From: Kiritimatiellia bacterium | Lineage (GTDB): Bacteria > Verrucomicrobiota > Kiritimatiellia > CAIKKV01 | DNA: 64,000 nucleotides | Direction: 5' to 3' | NCBI GenBank assembly: GCA_046484345.1 | Contig: JAWOJA010000010.1 | Span: forward strand, 1,811-65,810 | Shown: positions 18,467-27,760 of the stretch, piece by piece | Numbering within the stretch: position 1 is the stretch's first letter | Layout of the letters: every line of letters begins with the position of its first letter | Program-made: the position numbers and the translations under genes | The notes under the pieces: model-generated | Databases searched by the model: none | Seen by the model: only the letters and a program-made list of their open reading frames with translations | Told to the model about the DNA's origin: nothing

Positions 18467-18755
18467 TCCTCTTTGTGATCCGGATCACGCCCATTGCGCA
18501 ATCGAAAATATTCAAAATGCAAGGGGTCCGCAGCTTCAGGTAACAGCGAACGCCCTCGCGGCGCTCGCTCACGATCCCCACATTTCTTAACTCGGTCACG
18601 TGTCGCGACAGCGTCGATTTGTTCATTGGAAACAAGGGCTGAAGCTCGCACATGCACCGCTCGCCCGTGCTCAGTTGGTCCACGATCTTCAAGCGGACCG
18701 GGCTGGAAAGAGCCTTCATGATCTTGGCGCGCGCCTTGAATTCTTCCGACTTCAT
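18429..18755 (-). CDS. arsR: ArsR/SmtB-family regulator (second copy), CxC site ERCMCEL
   Basis: 108 aa. HTH motif PVRLKIVDQLSTGERCMCELQPLFPMNKSTLSRHVTELRNVGIV. First gene of the minus-strand operon. Confidence 0.8.
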   Translation of the reverse strand: MKSEEFKARAKIMKALSSPVRLKIVDQLSTGERCMCELQPLFPMNKSTLSRHVTELRNVGIVSERREGVRCYLKLRTPCILNIFDCAMGVIRITKRSVGRERRRSQGT

Positions 18756-18773
18756 CCGATTACTCTACTCTTA

Positions 18774-18791
18774 GTTGCACAACTACGCAAC
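18774..18791. promoter_or_regulatory. Candidate operator: inverted repeat GTTGC-N8-GCAAC roughly 20-35 nt upstream of the arsR2 start
   Basis: Inverted repeat seen directly in the sequence, in the position expected for an autoregulated ArsR-family operator. Confidence 0.25.
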
Positions 18792-18857
18792 AATATTTTG
18801 CGGGAATAACGACATTGACTGCCTGGCGGGACCGCTCCGCCTCCTCGACTTTCCCCC

Positions 18858-18950
18858 CGGGCAAACGCATGAACAAACCGAGTGCCCGCCGGGATCGCTG
18901 TTGGGGAGCGCCTGAACCGGGGAACCGGCCGGAAGCGGAGAGCCCGCGAT
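18858..18950. repeat. Intergenic conserved element, copy A (GGGCAAACGCATGAAnAAACCGAGTGCC ... GGGGAACCGGCCGGAAGCGnAGAGCCCGC)
   Basis: Near-identical segments shared with 22892-22953. Contains a GCCGG-GGAA-CCGGC GNRA-type hairpin. Copy A carries a roughly 25-nt insertion relative to copy B. Confidence 0.5.
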
Positions 18951-19035
18951 GCCGCGGTTTTTGGCGGTTTCCCGTTTCAACATGCAAAACACCACAAAGG
19001 CATGGAACAATTCACGGGGACCACAGGCGGTCTCC

Positions 19036-19353
19036 TCAGGATTCCAGGTGAAAGACCTCGCGTATCTCTTCGGAGCGGGGACTGTTGTCGGGATTGGACG
19101 GCATGATGTCCTTCATGTGGGCCCACCAGCGGCGGCACGGTTCGGTGTTCGCGATGGCGTTCCATTGCGCCTCATTTTCGAATTCCACATAACCGAAGAG
19201 CTGGTGCGTGCCCGGATGCAGGAAAATGGTGTAGCTGCGAACGCCGTGCGCTTTCAGAACGGCTTCCAGGTCGGGCCAGATGGGATTATGCCGCTTCTCG
19301 TACTCGACAAGCTGGTCGGGGTTGACGGACATGACAAAGGCTTTGCGGATCAT
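19036..19353 (-). CDS. rhaM: L-rhamnose mutarotase (RhaM/YiiL family)
   Basis: 105 aa, [64 protein letters not shown], the characteristic family sequence. Confidence 0.75.
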   Translation of the reverse strand: MIRKAFVMSVNPDQLVEYEKRHNPIWPDLEAVLKAHGVRSYTIFLHPGTHQLFGYVEFENEAQWNAIANTEPCRRWWAHMKDIMPSNPDNSPRSEEIREVFHLES

Positions 19354-19368
19354 GCGGGCTCCCGGGTT

Positions 19369-20301
19369 TCAGGGTTGCTTCCATTCGACGGTCACGGTGG
19401 CGGGCCGACCTTCGCGGCCGAACCGGTTTACGGTGGTGACGCAGAGGGTGTTGACGCCCGGCTCCAGCCTCCAGGCATAAGCCGCGCCGCGCGAATCCGG
19501 ATCCGGTCCCTCGCCGGGCAGTTGCGCGGGATCCCGGCCGGAGGCGGCGAACCGGAAGGACTGGAGATGGGGCGTGACGGTCTCGGCCAGGACGGTGATG
19601 ACCCCGGCCGTTTCCGAGGCGGTCAGAATCAGATACGGCGCGGAGGGCTCGGCATTTGTTTGAGAGCCGCTGGCAAACGGCGGGTTCCGGAAGTCCCGCA
19701 AGAGCAGGCCCTGGCTTTCCGCCGTGGCCCCGGTCTCGCCCCGGGCGATGACGGTGAGGCGGGTCAGAGCGGGCGCGATGACGCCCGATCCGGCAACAAG
19801 AACGGCCCGCACCTGGACAAAGCGGGCCGGCAGGGCATTTTCGGCCGGACGCCAGGGACTCCACCCCGCGTCGGGCCAAGGGGCGGCGCCGCTGCGGGCC
19901 TCGATTTTCACGGAGGCCGAGCCCGGCACAATGGCGCGCCACTGCACGGCGAGGCTTCGGATCTTGAAAAGAGGGACAATGGAACCGCCCTTGCCGGGGT
20001 CTGCCATATCGATGACGGGCGAGGTGATGAGGCCTGTGGCCGAATAGCGGGGGGCACGAACGGAGGCGCCCTCGTTGCCGGCGCCCGCGGTGGCGTTGTC
20101 AATTGGGGCGGACAGGCCGGTTTCCTGGCGAAGGGTGACAGCGCCCGGCGCGGCTTGCAGGTCGATGGCGGAATCCCTGAAAAAGGAATCGAATTCCGCG
20201 GCCGTGGCGAACGATTTCTCCACAGTGGCATCCGTGGCCCCGGTCGCCGCCGGTGCCACGGCGAGGGCCATAATAAAAAGCAGGCCAAGCTTGTTGGGCA
20301 T
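19369..20301 (-). CDS. Secreted hypothetical protein (signal peptide)
   Basis: 310 aa. N-terminal signal peptide (LLFIMALAVAPAATGA). No recognisable domain. Confidence 0.45.
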   Translation of the reverse strand: MPNKLGLLFIMALAVAPAATGATDATVEKSFATAAEFDSFFRDSAIDLQAAPGAVTLRQETGLSAPIDNATAGAGNEGASVRAPRYSATGLITSPVIDMADPGKGGSIVPLFKIRSLAVQWRAIVPGSASVKIEARSGAAPWPDAGWSPWRPAENALPARFVQVRAVLVAGSGVIAPALTRLTVIARGETGATAESQGLLLRDFRNPPFASGSQTNAEPSAPYLILTASETAGVITVLAETVTPHLQSFRFAASGRDPAQLPGEGPDPDSRGAAYAWRLEPGVNTLCVTTVNRFGREGRPATVTVEWKQP

Positions 20302-20371
20302 GCGAACCTCCTGCCGATGATCAGTTTCGAATCTTAGAAGAATGGAGGACCGGAAGCAATGGGGGAAACGG

Positions 20372-20408
20372 ACGAAAAAAGGGCGGGTTGGAGACCCCGC
20401 CCTTTTTG
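20372..20408 (-). terminator. Rho-independent terminator downstream of hppA (minus strand)
   Basis: GC stem AAGGGCGGG/CCCGCCCTT with an 8-nt loop, followed on the minus strand by a T-run (TTTTTTCG). Confidence 0.5.
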
Positions 20409-20424
20409 GAATTGGAAAGGTGCT

Positions 20425-22779
20425 TTACTGGGCCAGGTGCAGGAACTTCTGAATCGCCGGGGAGAATTTGATGATCACGGGCGTGAACACGATGGCCACC
20501 ATGCTCATCAGCTTGATCAGGATGTTCATGGACGGCCCGGCGGTGTCCTTGCAGGGATCGCCCACGGTATCGCCGATCACGGCGGCGCCATGGACGGGGC
20601 TCTTGGCCTCGGCGCGGGTGGCGACGACTTCGCCCCGGGCGTTGATCCACTGGCCCTGGGCGTTCTTCAGATACTTGCCGCCCAGGTTGCCCTTTTCGAT
20701 GTGCTTCTTGGCGTTGTCCCAGGAACCGCCGGCGTTGTTCAGCATGCAGGCGAGGGAGAAGCCGGCGGTGAGGGCCCCGACCAGCAGGCCCATGATCCCG
20801 GCCACGCCCAGCACCAGGCCGGTGAGGACCGGCACGGCGATGGCCATCAGCGAGGGGAGCATCATTTCGCGCTGGGCGCCGGCCGTTGAGATCTGCACGC
20901 AGCGGGCGTAGTCGGGCTTGTCCGTCCCCAACATGATGCCGGGCTTCGACCGGAACTGGGCGCGCACCTCTTCGACCATGGCGCCGGCGGCGCGGCCGAC
21001 GGCTTTCATCGTCATGGCGCAGAAGACAAAGGCCATCATGGCGCCGAGGAAGATGCCGGCCAGCATGAAGGGGTTCAGGATGGTCAGGTTGAACTGGGCG
21101 ACCAGGTTCATCAGCTTCTCCTGGGCGGTGACGCAGAGCGCATAGGCGTCGTAGTCGAAGGGCATGCCCGTTTTGCCCTGCAGTTTGTGGACCCACAGGT
21201 CCACTTCCTGGACGACGGCCGCCAGCAGGGCCAAGGCGGTGAGGGCCGCCGAGGCGATGGCGAAGCCCTTGCCGGTGGCGGCCGTGGTGTTGCCGAGCAT
21301 GTCGAGGGCGTCGGTTTTTTCGCGGACCGTATGATCGAGTCCGGCCATTTCGGCGTTGCCGCCGGCGTTGTCGGCGATGGGGCCGTAGGCGTCGGTGGCG
21401 AGGGTGATGCCGAGGGTGGAGAGCATGCCGACCGCGGCGAAGGCGACGCCGTAAAGGCCGTCGCCCAGATCCGCCAGGCCGCCCGACAGAATGAAGGCGG
21501 CGAGGATGCCGAGGACGGTCGTGATGACGGCCGGCGCGGCGGACTGCATGCCCACCGCGAGCCCCTCGATGATAACGGTGGCCGGACCCATCTTGGCCTG
21601 GGCCGCGACGCTCTTGGTCGGGGTGTATTCATCGGAGGTGGCGCGCTCCGTGAAGTAGCCGATGATGACGCCGGCGAGCAGGCCGGCCACGGTGGCGCCG
21701 CAAACGCCCCAGGAGATAATGCCCAGCTTGGCCATGATGGCGGCGGCGACGATGATCAGGGCCGAGCTGCCCCAGGTTCCGACGCGCAGGGCCTTGAGCA
21801 GGGTCATCATGCTGGCGCCTTCCTTGCAACGCACGGCGAAGATGCCGGCCACGGAAAGAACTGTTCCGATACCCGCGATGATCATGGGAGCGGTCACCAT
21901 GCGGACCTGGTCCTGAACGTTCATGGCGATTGTGGCGCCCAGGGCCGCCGTGGCCAGGATGGATCCGCAATAGGATTCGTAGAGGTCCGCGCCCATGCCG
22001 GCCACGTCGCCCACATTGTCGCCCACGTTGTCCGCGATGGTCGCGGGGTTGCGCGGATCATCCTCGGGAATGCCCGCCTCGACCTTGCCGACCAGGTCCG
22101 CGCCCACATCGGCGGCCTTGGTGAAGATGCCGCCGCCCACGCGGGCGAAGAGCGCCTGGGTGGAGGCGCCCATGCCGAAGGTCAGCATGGTGGTGGTGAT
22201 TTCCACCATTTTCTCTTTCATCGAGCAATCAACCGGAACCAGGTGAAGGCCGAACACGGTCAGGCCGTTGACCATGTGCTCGGGCGTGAAGATGAGCCGG
22301 TCGAGGATCCAGTACCAGATGCAGATGTCCAGCAGGCCGAACCCGACCACCACGAGGCCCATGACGGCGCCGGAACGGAAGGCGACCTGCAGGCCGCGGT
22401 TCAGGCATTCGCTGGCGCCCTGGGCGGTGCGGCTCGAGGCGCTGGTGGCCGTTTTCATGCCGATGAAGCCGCACAGGCCCGAGAAGAACCCGCCGGTCAG
22501 GAAGGCCACCGGCACAAAGGGATTCTGCACCCCGAAGATGGCCAGGCCCAGAAAGATCATTACCAGGACGGCAAAGACGACGCCGACGCGCGAATACTGC
22601 TGCCGCAGGTAGGCCATGGCGCCTTCGCGGACATAGCCCGCGATCTCCTCCATGCGGGCGTTGCCGGCCGGCGCTTTCATCATGAGCTTGTAGCAGACCA
22701 AGGCGAAAAACAATCCGAAGAAGGCTCCGAAGGGAGCGATCCACCATGCGTTTGTTATACCCGAAACGACTTCGTTCAT
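20425..22779 (-). CDS. hppA: Membrane-bound proton/sodium-translocating pyrophosphatase (H+-PPase, K+-dependent type: GNTTAA)
   Basis: 784 aa, about 16 TM helices. Conserved motifs [40 protein letters not shown]. Confidence 0.9.
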   Translation of the reverse strand: MNEVVSGITNAWWIAPFGAFFGLFFALVCYKLMMKAPAGNARMEEIAGYVREGAMAYLRQQYSRVGVVFAVLVMIFLGLAIFGVQNPFVPVAFLTGGFFSGLCGFIGMKTATSASSRTAQGASECLNRGLQVAFRSGAVMGLVVVGFGLLDICIWYWILDRLIFTPEHMVNGLTVFGLHLVPVDCSMKEKMVEITTTMLTFGMGASTQALFARVGGGIFTKAADVGADLVGKVEAGIPEDDPRNPATIADNVGDNVGDVAGMGADLYESYCGSILATAALGATIAMNVQDQVRMVTAPMIIAGIGTVLSVAGIFAVRCKEGASMMTLLKALRVGTWGSSALIIVAAAIMAKLGIISWGVCGATVAGLLAGVIIGYFTERATSDEYTPTKSVAAQAKMGPATVIIEGLAVGMQSAAPAVITTVLGILAAFILSGGLADLGDGLYGVAFAAVGMLSTLGITLATDAYGPIADNAGGNAEMAGLDHTVREKTDALDMLGNTTAATGKGFAIASAALTALALLAAVVQEVDLWVHKLQGKTGMPFDYDAYALCVTAQEKLMNLVAQFNLTILNPFMLAGIFLGAMMAFVFCAMTMKAVGRAAGAMVEEVRAQFRSKPGIMLGTDKPDYARCVQISTAGAQREMMLPSLMAIAVPVLTGLVLGVAGIMGLLVGALTAGFSLACMLNNAGGSWDNAKKHIEKGNLGGKYLKNAQGQWINARGEVVATRAEAKSPVHGAAVIGDTVGDPCKDTAGPSMNILIKLMSMVAIVFTPVIIKFSPAIQKFLHLAQ

Positions 22780-22891
22780 AGCGTCCTTCCTGTGTCTCTC
22801 TTCCGGATTTATCCGGATAATGCTTAAAAAATGCGATTGAATACGCTACCGTATGTCGCTTTCAACGTCAAGCGGAGAGAGAATGCAATCC

Positions 22892-22953
22892 AGGGCAAAC
22901 GCATGAAAAACCGAGTGCCAGCCGGGGAACCGGCCGGAAGCGTAGAGCCCGCC
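22892..22953. repeat. Intergenic conserved element, copy B (shorter copy; see 18858-18950)
   Basis: Shares GGGCAAACGCATGAAAAACCGAGTGCCAGCCGGGGAACCGGCCGGAAGCGTAGAGCCCGC with copy A. Lies in the divergent hppA/oxidoreductase promoter region. Confidence 0.5.
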
Positions 22954-23118
22954 CGAGGCGAATACGCCCGGCGGCGGGAGCGGGCGCCTTGGAATGGTCA
23001 GCCGCTAATCAACCCCCGATAACCGACCGATTACTTTTTTGATGCGTTTCCTCTGGACTTTCCCCCGCTTTCCCCCGATAATACCAAACTTTTAAAGCAC
23101 TTTACACGGAGCCCGATC

Positions 23119-24168
23119 ATGGCGAAAATTGAACCGATTGCGGTTGGCATTCTGGGTTACGGACGCGCGGGTTGCAGCATGCAGACCAACGAACTGAAGG
23201 CGCACGAGGGCAAGTTCCGCATCGCCGCCGTCTGCGACATCCTCCCCGCGCGGCGCGAAAAAGCCGCCGCCGCCCACGGTTGCAAGACTTACGCGACCAT
23301 CGGGGAGCTGCTCGCCGATCCCGAAATCGAGCTCGTCTGCGTGGCCACCCGCTCCTGCGACCACTTCAAGCACGCCATGATGGCCCTCAAGGCCAACAAG
23401 CTGGTGTTCCAGGAAAAGCCGATGTGCATGACCTTCGCCGAGGCCAAGAAACTTCGCGCCGAAGCCGCCAAGCACCACGACGCCCTGTTCATCCGCCACA
23501 ACCGGCGCTTCGAACCCCTCTTTCAGCACATCCGCGAAATCATCGCCTCCCGCATCCTGGGCGATGTCTTCGAAATCAAGCTCCGCCGCAACAGCTACGC
23601 CCGGCGCGACGACTGGCAGACCATCCGCCAATTCGGCGGCGGCCAGCTCCTGAACTGGGGCCCCCACATCATCGACCACGCCCTCCAGTTCCTGGGCACC
23701 CCGCCTGTGGATGTGTGGGGCGACCTGAAGAAAACGGCCGCCGCGGGCGACTCCGAGGACCATCTCAAAATCGTCATGAAAAACGAAAAGGGCCTCGTCG
23801 TCGACCTCGAAATCAGCGGCGGCAGCGCCATCGGCGAGCCCGAATACCTGGTCTCCGGCACCAAAGGCGCCCTCAAGGCCTCTGGCAAGACCATCACCTT
23901 GCGCTACTGGGATCCCAAGGTGAAACCCGTCAAACGGGTCGCCTCCCCGCAGACGCCGGAAACCGGTTTCGGAAGCAAGGACAACCTCGCCTGGATCGAC
24001 CAGGAAATCGAGGTGGCGCCCAAATTGAAATGCAACATGGCCTCCATCTGGGGCTGCCTGTTCGACACGATCCGCAAGGGCAAGCCCTTCCCCATCAGCC
24101 TCGACGAGGCGGTCGCCGTTATGGAAGTGGTCTCCTTCGTCAAGAAGGGCACGCCCTTCGAGGCCTGA
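23119..24168 (+). CDS. Gfo/Idh/MocA-family NAD(P)-dependent oxidoreductase
   Basis: 349 aa. N-terminal Rossmann motif IAVGILGYGRAG and the family's EKP motif (VFQEKPMCMT). Confidence 0.85.
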   Translation: MAKIEPIAVGILGYGRAGCSMQTNELKAHEGKFRIAAVCDILPARREKAAAAHGCKTYATIGELLADPEIELVCVATRSCDHFKHAMMALKANKLVFQEKPMCMTFAEAKKLRAEAAKHHDALFIRHNRRFEPLFQHIREIIASRILGDVFEIKLRRNSYARRDDWQTIRQFGGGQLLNWGPHIIDHALQFLGTPPVDVWGDLKKTAAAGDSEDHLKIVMKNEKGLVVDLEISGGSAIGEPEYLVSGTKGALKASGKTITLRYWDPKVKPVKRVASPQTPETGFGSKDNLAWIDQEIEVAPKLKCNMASIWGCLFDTIRKGKPFPISLDEAVAVMEVVSFVKKGTPFEA

Positions 24169-24204
24169 TCGACCGTTCCTAAAAACGCCCAATCCCAACA
24201 CCCA

Positions 24205-24253
24205 AAAAAGCCAAAAGGGCGCCAAAAAACGGCGCCTTTTGGCTTTTTTATTA
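24205..24253 (+). terminator. Rho-independent terminator after the oxidoreductase gene
   Basis: Roughly 18-bp stem AAAAAGCCAAAAGGGCGCC / GGCGCCTTTTGGCTTTTT with loop AAAAAAC, followed by TTTTTTATT. Confidence 0.6.
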
Positions 24254-24314
24254 TTTCGCTTGCCTTTTGAAAGCCGACGGGCCTACCATAGCTGATTATT
24301 TTTCGAAAGGTTTT

Positions 24315-25232
24315 ATGCAACCACCCGCCTCGCAAATATCGGCCTTCCTCCATCCGGAAGACATCTGTCTTCCCCTGTGCTCGGATTCCTCCCGGGCCGC
24401 CATCGAAACCCTGGTCCGCCACATCCACACGCGTCACGGGGGATTCGACCCCGCCGCCGCCGCCGCCGCCGTTGAAGCCCGTGAAAAGGTCATGCCCGTT
24501 ATCATGGAACGGGAGCTCGCCATGCTCCATGCCCGGCTCCCGGAGCTGACCCGGCCCCTGCTGGCCGTCGGCGTCTGCCCGAACGGCATCCCCATGTCCC
24601 CCCCCGCCGAGCCCGTCAAGGTCGTGGTGCTGACCCTCATTCCCAGCGGCGACCCCAACCTCTACCTGCGGATTCTCGCCGCCACCACCAAAGCCCTGCG
24701 CGCACCGCAGGCGATTGCCCGGATTGCCGCCGCACACACGCCGGACGAAGTTCTCGCCGTGCTCGGTCTCGCACCCGAACACCTGCCCGACGTCCTCGAC
24801 GTGCGCCATGTCATGAACGCCGCGCCGCGGACGCTCCGGGACACCGACACGCTCGGGGCCGCCATCGAATTTTTCTGCGCCAACACACTGATGGACCTTC
24901 CCGTGGTGAACGCCCAGAACGACGTGCTCGGTTCCATCGCCATCGAGGACCTGCTGCGCCTGGCCCTTCCCGTTCATTTGCGCTGGATGGAAGACCTCTC
25001 CCCCATCCTGCGCTTCGAACCCTTCGCCGAACTGCTCAAACGCGAGTCCGCCTCCCCTGTGACCCGCTTTATGCGCGCGGATGTTCTCTCCATCGCGCCC
25101 GACGTCCCGGCCATCCAACTCGCCAAACTGCTCCTGCTCGACGAACGACGCCAGGTGGTGGTGATGGAGGGCAAACGCCTCGTGGGCACCGTGGACCTTC
25201 ACAATTACGTCCGTAAACTTTTCTGGGATTAA
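24315..25232 (+). CDS. Regulatory protein: PTS EIIA-Ntr (PtsN-like, EIIA type 2) domain fused to a CBS-domain pair (module copy 1)
   Basis: EIIA-2 region with conserved His (ELAMLHARLPE), then two CBS domains. Start at ATG 24315 with GAAAGG RBS, chosen by alignment with the paralogue at 26836. Confidence 0.75.
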   Translation: MQPPASQISAFLHPEDICLPLCSDSSRAAIETLVRHIHTRHGGFDPAAAAAAVEAREKVMPVIMERELAMLHARLPELTRPLLAVGVCPNGIPMSPPAEPVKVVVLTLIPSGDPNLYLRILAATTKALRAPQAIARIAAAHTPDEVLAVLGLAPEHLPDVLDVRHVMNAAPRTLRDTDTLGAAIEFFCANTLMDLPVVNAQNDVLGSIAIEDLLRLALPVHLRWMEDLSPILRFEPFAELLKRESASPVTRFMRADVLSIAPDVPAIQLAKLLLLDERRQVVVMEGKRLVGTVDLHNYVRKLFWD

Positions 25233-25236
25233 CATC

Positions 25237-26718
25237 ATGCAAGAAGAAGAAGCCTCCGCCCCTTTAACCACCTCCGGATTTATCAAAAAAATCCTCATCC
25301 TCCTGGCCATCAGTTCCCTCACCGCCTGGTCCGGACGTTTTATCGGCCTCTCCACGCAGCAACAACTGGCCTCCGGGGTCTTTCTCTCGGCCATTCTGGG
25401 CACGTTGCTTTTCTGGAACCTCCGGCTGAGCATCGCTTTCATCGGGGTGAGCGTGCTCGTCATGACCCATTCCATGACCATCACCCAATATGTCGAATCC
25501 GCCGAAGTGCCCATCATCCTGTTTTTAATCGGCATGATGATCATCCTGGGCTGCCTGGAGGATCTCGGCTTCTTCACCTGGGTGGTCCAATCTATCATCT
25601 CGCTGCCCAACATGTCCGCCCGCCGCTTCGTCGCGGTGGTCAGCGTGGTCTCCGCCCTTCTCGCCTGCGCGGTGGGCGAGGTCGTCTCCATCATCATCAT
25701 CGTCACCTTGGTCTTCCAGGTCTGCGGCCGGCTCAAAATAAAACCCGTCCCGTTCGTCATCGCCTCGGTCATCGCCACCAACATCGGCAGCGCGGGAACC
25801 ATGATGGGCAACCCCGTGGGCATCCTCATCGGCGCCAAGGCGGGCTTCACCTTCGGCGATTTCATCGTCTGGGCCTTCCCCGTCATGGCCGCCTGCCTGG
25901 TGGCCAATATCCTGCTCACGTTCTTCGTCTACCGGCACTCGCTAAGCGGCTTTGACGCCGCCCTGTCGGAACGGGCCAGCAGCGGCACGACCGAGCCCCA
26001 GGTGCATGTCCCCTACAAGCGCAGCCTCGTCGTGCTCGGCGTCTCCATCCTGTGCATCGCCTTCCATCACCAGGCCGAACAGCTGCTGGGCATCGAGAAA
26101 AACTCGGTCCTCTTCCTGGCCCCGGTCTTCTGCGCCGCCTTCGTGATGCTCTATCGCCGCGACCGCGCCCGCCATTATGTGGAGCGCTCCGTGGACTGGT
26201 GGACGCTGCTTTTCTTCATGATGCTCTTCGCCATCGCCGGCGCCCTCAAATCCAGCGGGGTGACCACCGTGCTGGCGAAGCAATTCATCGCCCATTTCGG
26301 AACCAACCTGAACCTGCTCGTGGTGGGCATCACAGCCGTCTCGGCCGTCGGTTCGGCCTTCGTCGACAACGTCGTCTTCGTGGCCGCCTTCGCCCCCATC
26401 ATCGAGGGACTCAAGGCCACCGGCTTCACCGTCACCCCCCTCTGGTGGGCGCTGCTCTTCGGCGCCTGCTTCGGCGGCAACATCACGCTCATCGGCTCCA
26501 CCGCCAACATCGTGGCGCTCGGCATGCTGGAAAAACAGGCCCACACCCAGATCCGCTTCATGGACTGGCTCAAAGTCGGCCTGCTTTCAGCCGTGGTGAC
26601 CTGCGCGCTCGCGGGCGGCACGATCATCCTGCTCAAAAACCGGATGCCCGAAATTGACCTGTCCGCCGCGCACGAAACCCCCGAGGCCCCGCCGTCGGCG
26701 GCCCATTCGGCGGAATAG
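25237..26718 (+). CDS. Ion-transporter-superfamily permease (ArsB/NhaD/CitMHS-like) (module copy 1)
   Basis: 493 aa, polytopic. Conserved segments TNIGSAGTMMGNPVGILIG and GSTANIVALGML resemble the ArsB/NhaD family. Starts 4 nt after the regulator gene. Confidence 0.8.
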   Translation: MQEEEASAPLTTSGFIKKILILLAISSLTAWSGRFIGLSTQQQLASGVFLSAILGTLLFWNLRLSIAFIGVSVLVMTHSMTITQYVESAEVPIILFLIGMMIILGCLEDLGFFTWVVQSIISLPNMSARRFVAVVSVVSALLACAVGEVVSIIIIVTLVFQVCGRLKIKPVPFVIASVIATNIGSAGTMMGNPVGILIGAKAGFTFGDFIVWAFPVMAACLVANILLTFFVYRHSLSGFDAALSERASSGTTEPQVHVPYKRSLVVLGVSILCIAFHHQAEQLLGIEKNSVLFLAPVFCAAFVMLYRRDRARHYVERSVDWWTLLFFMMLFAIAGALKSSGVTTVLAKQFIAHFGTNLNLLVVGITAVSAVGSAFVDNVVFVAAFAPIIEGLKATGFTVTPLWWALLFGACFGGNITLIGSTANIVALGMLEKQAHTQIRFMDWLKVGLLSAVVTCALAGGTIILLKNRMPEIDLSAAHETPEAPPSAAHSAE

Positions 26719-26835
26719 AGCCCAACGCCTCCGGCACAGGCTTTGGCAAAAACCGCCGCATCGCCATTCGCGCTTGCGTACCGCCTCACATTCCGATACG
26801 ATGACGATCAAAATCGTTCACACGCGAGGCGCCAC

Positions 26836-27756
26836 ATGACTACGAATCCGCCCCCTCCGATGCTGCAGTACCTGCACCCCGAAGACATCCTGATGCCCCT
26901 CTGCTCGAACTCCGTGGAAGACACGATCTGCCGGCTCGTGCGCCACATCCACACCCGTCACGGCGGGTTCGACCCCGAATCCGCCATCAGCGCCGTCGAA
27001 GCCCGTGAAAAAGTCATGCCCGTCATCATGGAACGGGAACTGGCCATGCCCCACGCCCGGCTTTCGGAACTGACCCGGCCCCTGCTCGCCGTCGGCGTCT
27101 GCCCGGCCGGCATCCCCATGTCCCCTCCCGCCGACCCCGTCAAGGTCGTGGTGCTGACGCTCATCCCCAGCGGCGACCCCAACCTCTACCTGCGAATTCT
27201 CGCCGCCATCACCAAGGCGTTGCGCACGCCCCAGGCCATCGCCCGCATCGCCACCGCCCGCAACCCGGGCGAAGTGCTGGCGGTGCTCGGCATCTCGCCC
27301 GAACATCTGCCCGACGTCCTCACGGTGCGCCATGTCATGAACGGCGCGCCCCAGAAGCTCCGGAACACCGACACCCTCGGCGCCGCCATCGAACTCTTCT
27401 GCGCCAACCAGCTCATGGACATCCCCGTGGTGGATCCCCAAAACAACATCCTGGGCACCATCGCCGTCGAGGACCTGTTGCGCCTCTGCCTGCCGGTCCA
27501 CCTGCGCTGGATGGAGGACCTCTCCCCCATCCTCCGCTTCGAGCCCTTCGCCGAACTCGTCAAGCGCGACTCCGGCATGCCCCTCACCCACTTCATCCGC
27601 CAGGATATCCTCTCCATCGGCCCCGAGGTTCCCGCCATCCAGCTCACCAAGCTGTTCCTGCAGGACGAACGGCGCCAAGTGGTGGTGGTGGAGGACAAGC
27701 GCCTGGTGGGGACCGTCGATCTTCACGCCTTCGTCCGCAAATTATTCTGGGACTAA
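26836..27756 (+). CDS. PTS EIIA-Ntr + CBS-pair regulatory protein (module copy 2)
   Basis: About 80% identical to 24315-25232 by eye. His retained (ELAMPHARLSE). Confidence 0.75.
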   Translation: MTTNPPPPMLQYLHPEDILMPLCSNSVEDTICRLVRHIHTRHGGFDPESAISAVEAREKVMPVIMERELAMPHARLSELTRPLLAVGVCPAGIPMSPPADPVKVVVLTLIPSGDPNLYLRILAAITKALRTPQAIARIATARNPGEVLAVLGISPEHLPDVLTVRHVMNGAPQKLRNTDTLGAAIELFCANQLMDIPVVDPQNNILGTIAVEDLLRLCLPVHLRWMEDLSPILRFEPFAELVKRDSGMPLTHFIRQDILSIGPEVPAIQLTKLFLQDERRQVVVVEDKRLVGTVDLHAFVRKLFWD

Positions 27757-27760
27757 GTTC

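Noticed and set aside
18815-19051. Short ORFs (18815-19051 and 22831-23022) overlapping the two copies of the conserved intergenic element and sharing a KRM(N/K)K peptide
   Set aside because: Similarity is at the nucleotide level and spans a hairpin. There is no RBS, and the remainder of each ORF is unrelated. More likely a non-coding element.
18949-20337. 462-aa plus-strand ORF across rhaM and the secreted-protein gene
   Set aside because: Shadow ORF, G/R-rich. The minus strand encodes recognisable RhaM.
21187-22827. 546-aa plus-strand ORF antisense to hppA
   Set aside because: Gly/Asp/His-rich low-complexity. hppA motifs are unambiguous on the minus strand.
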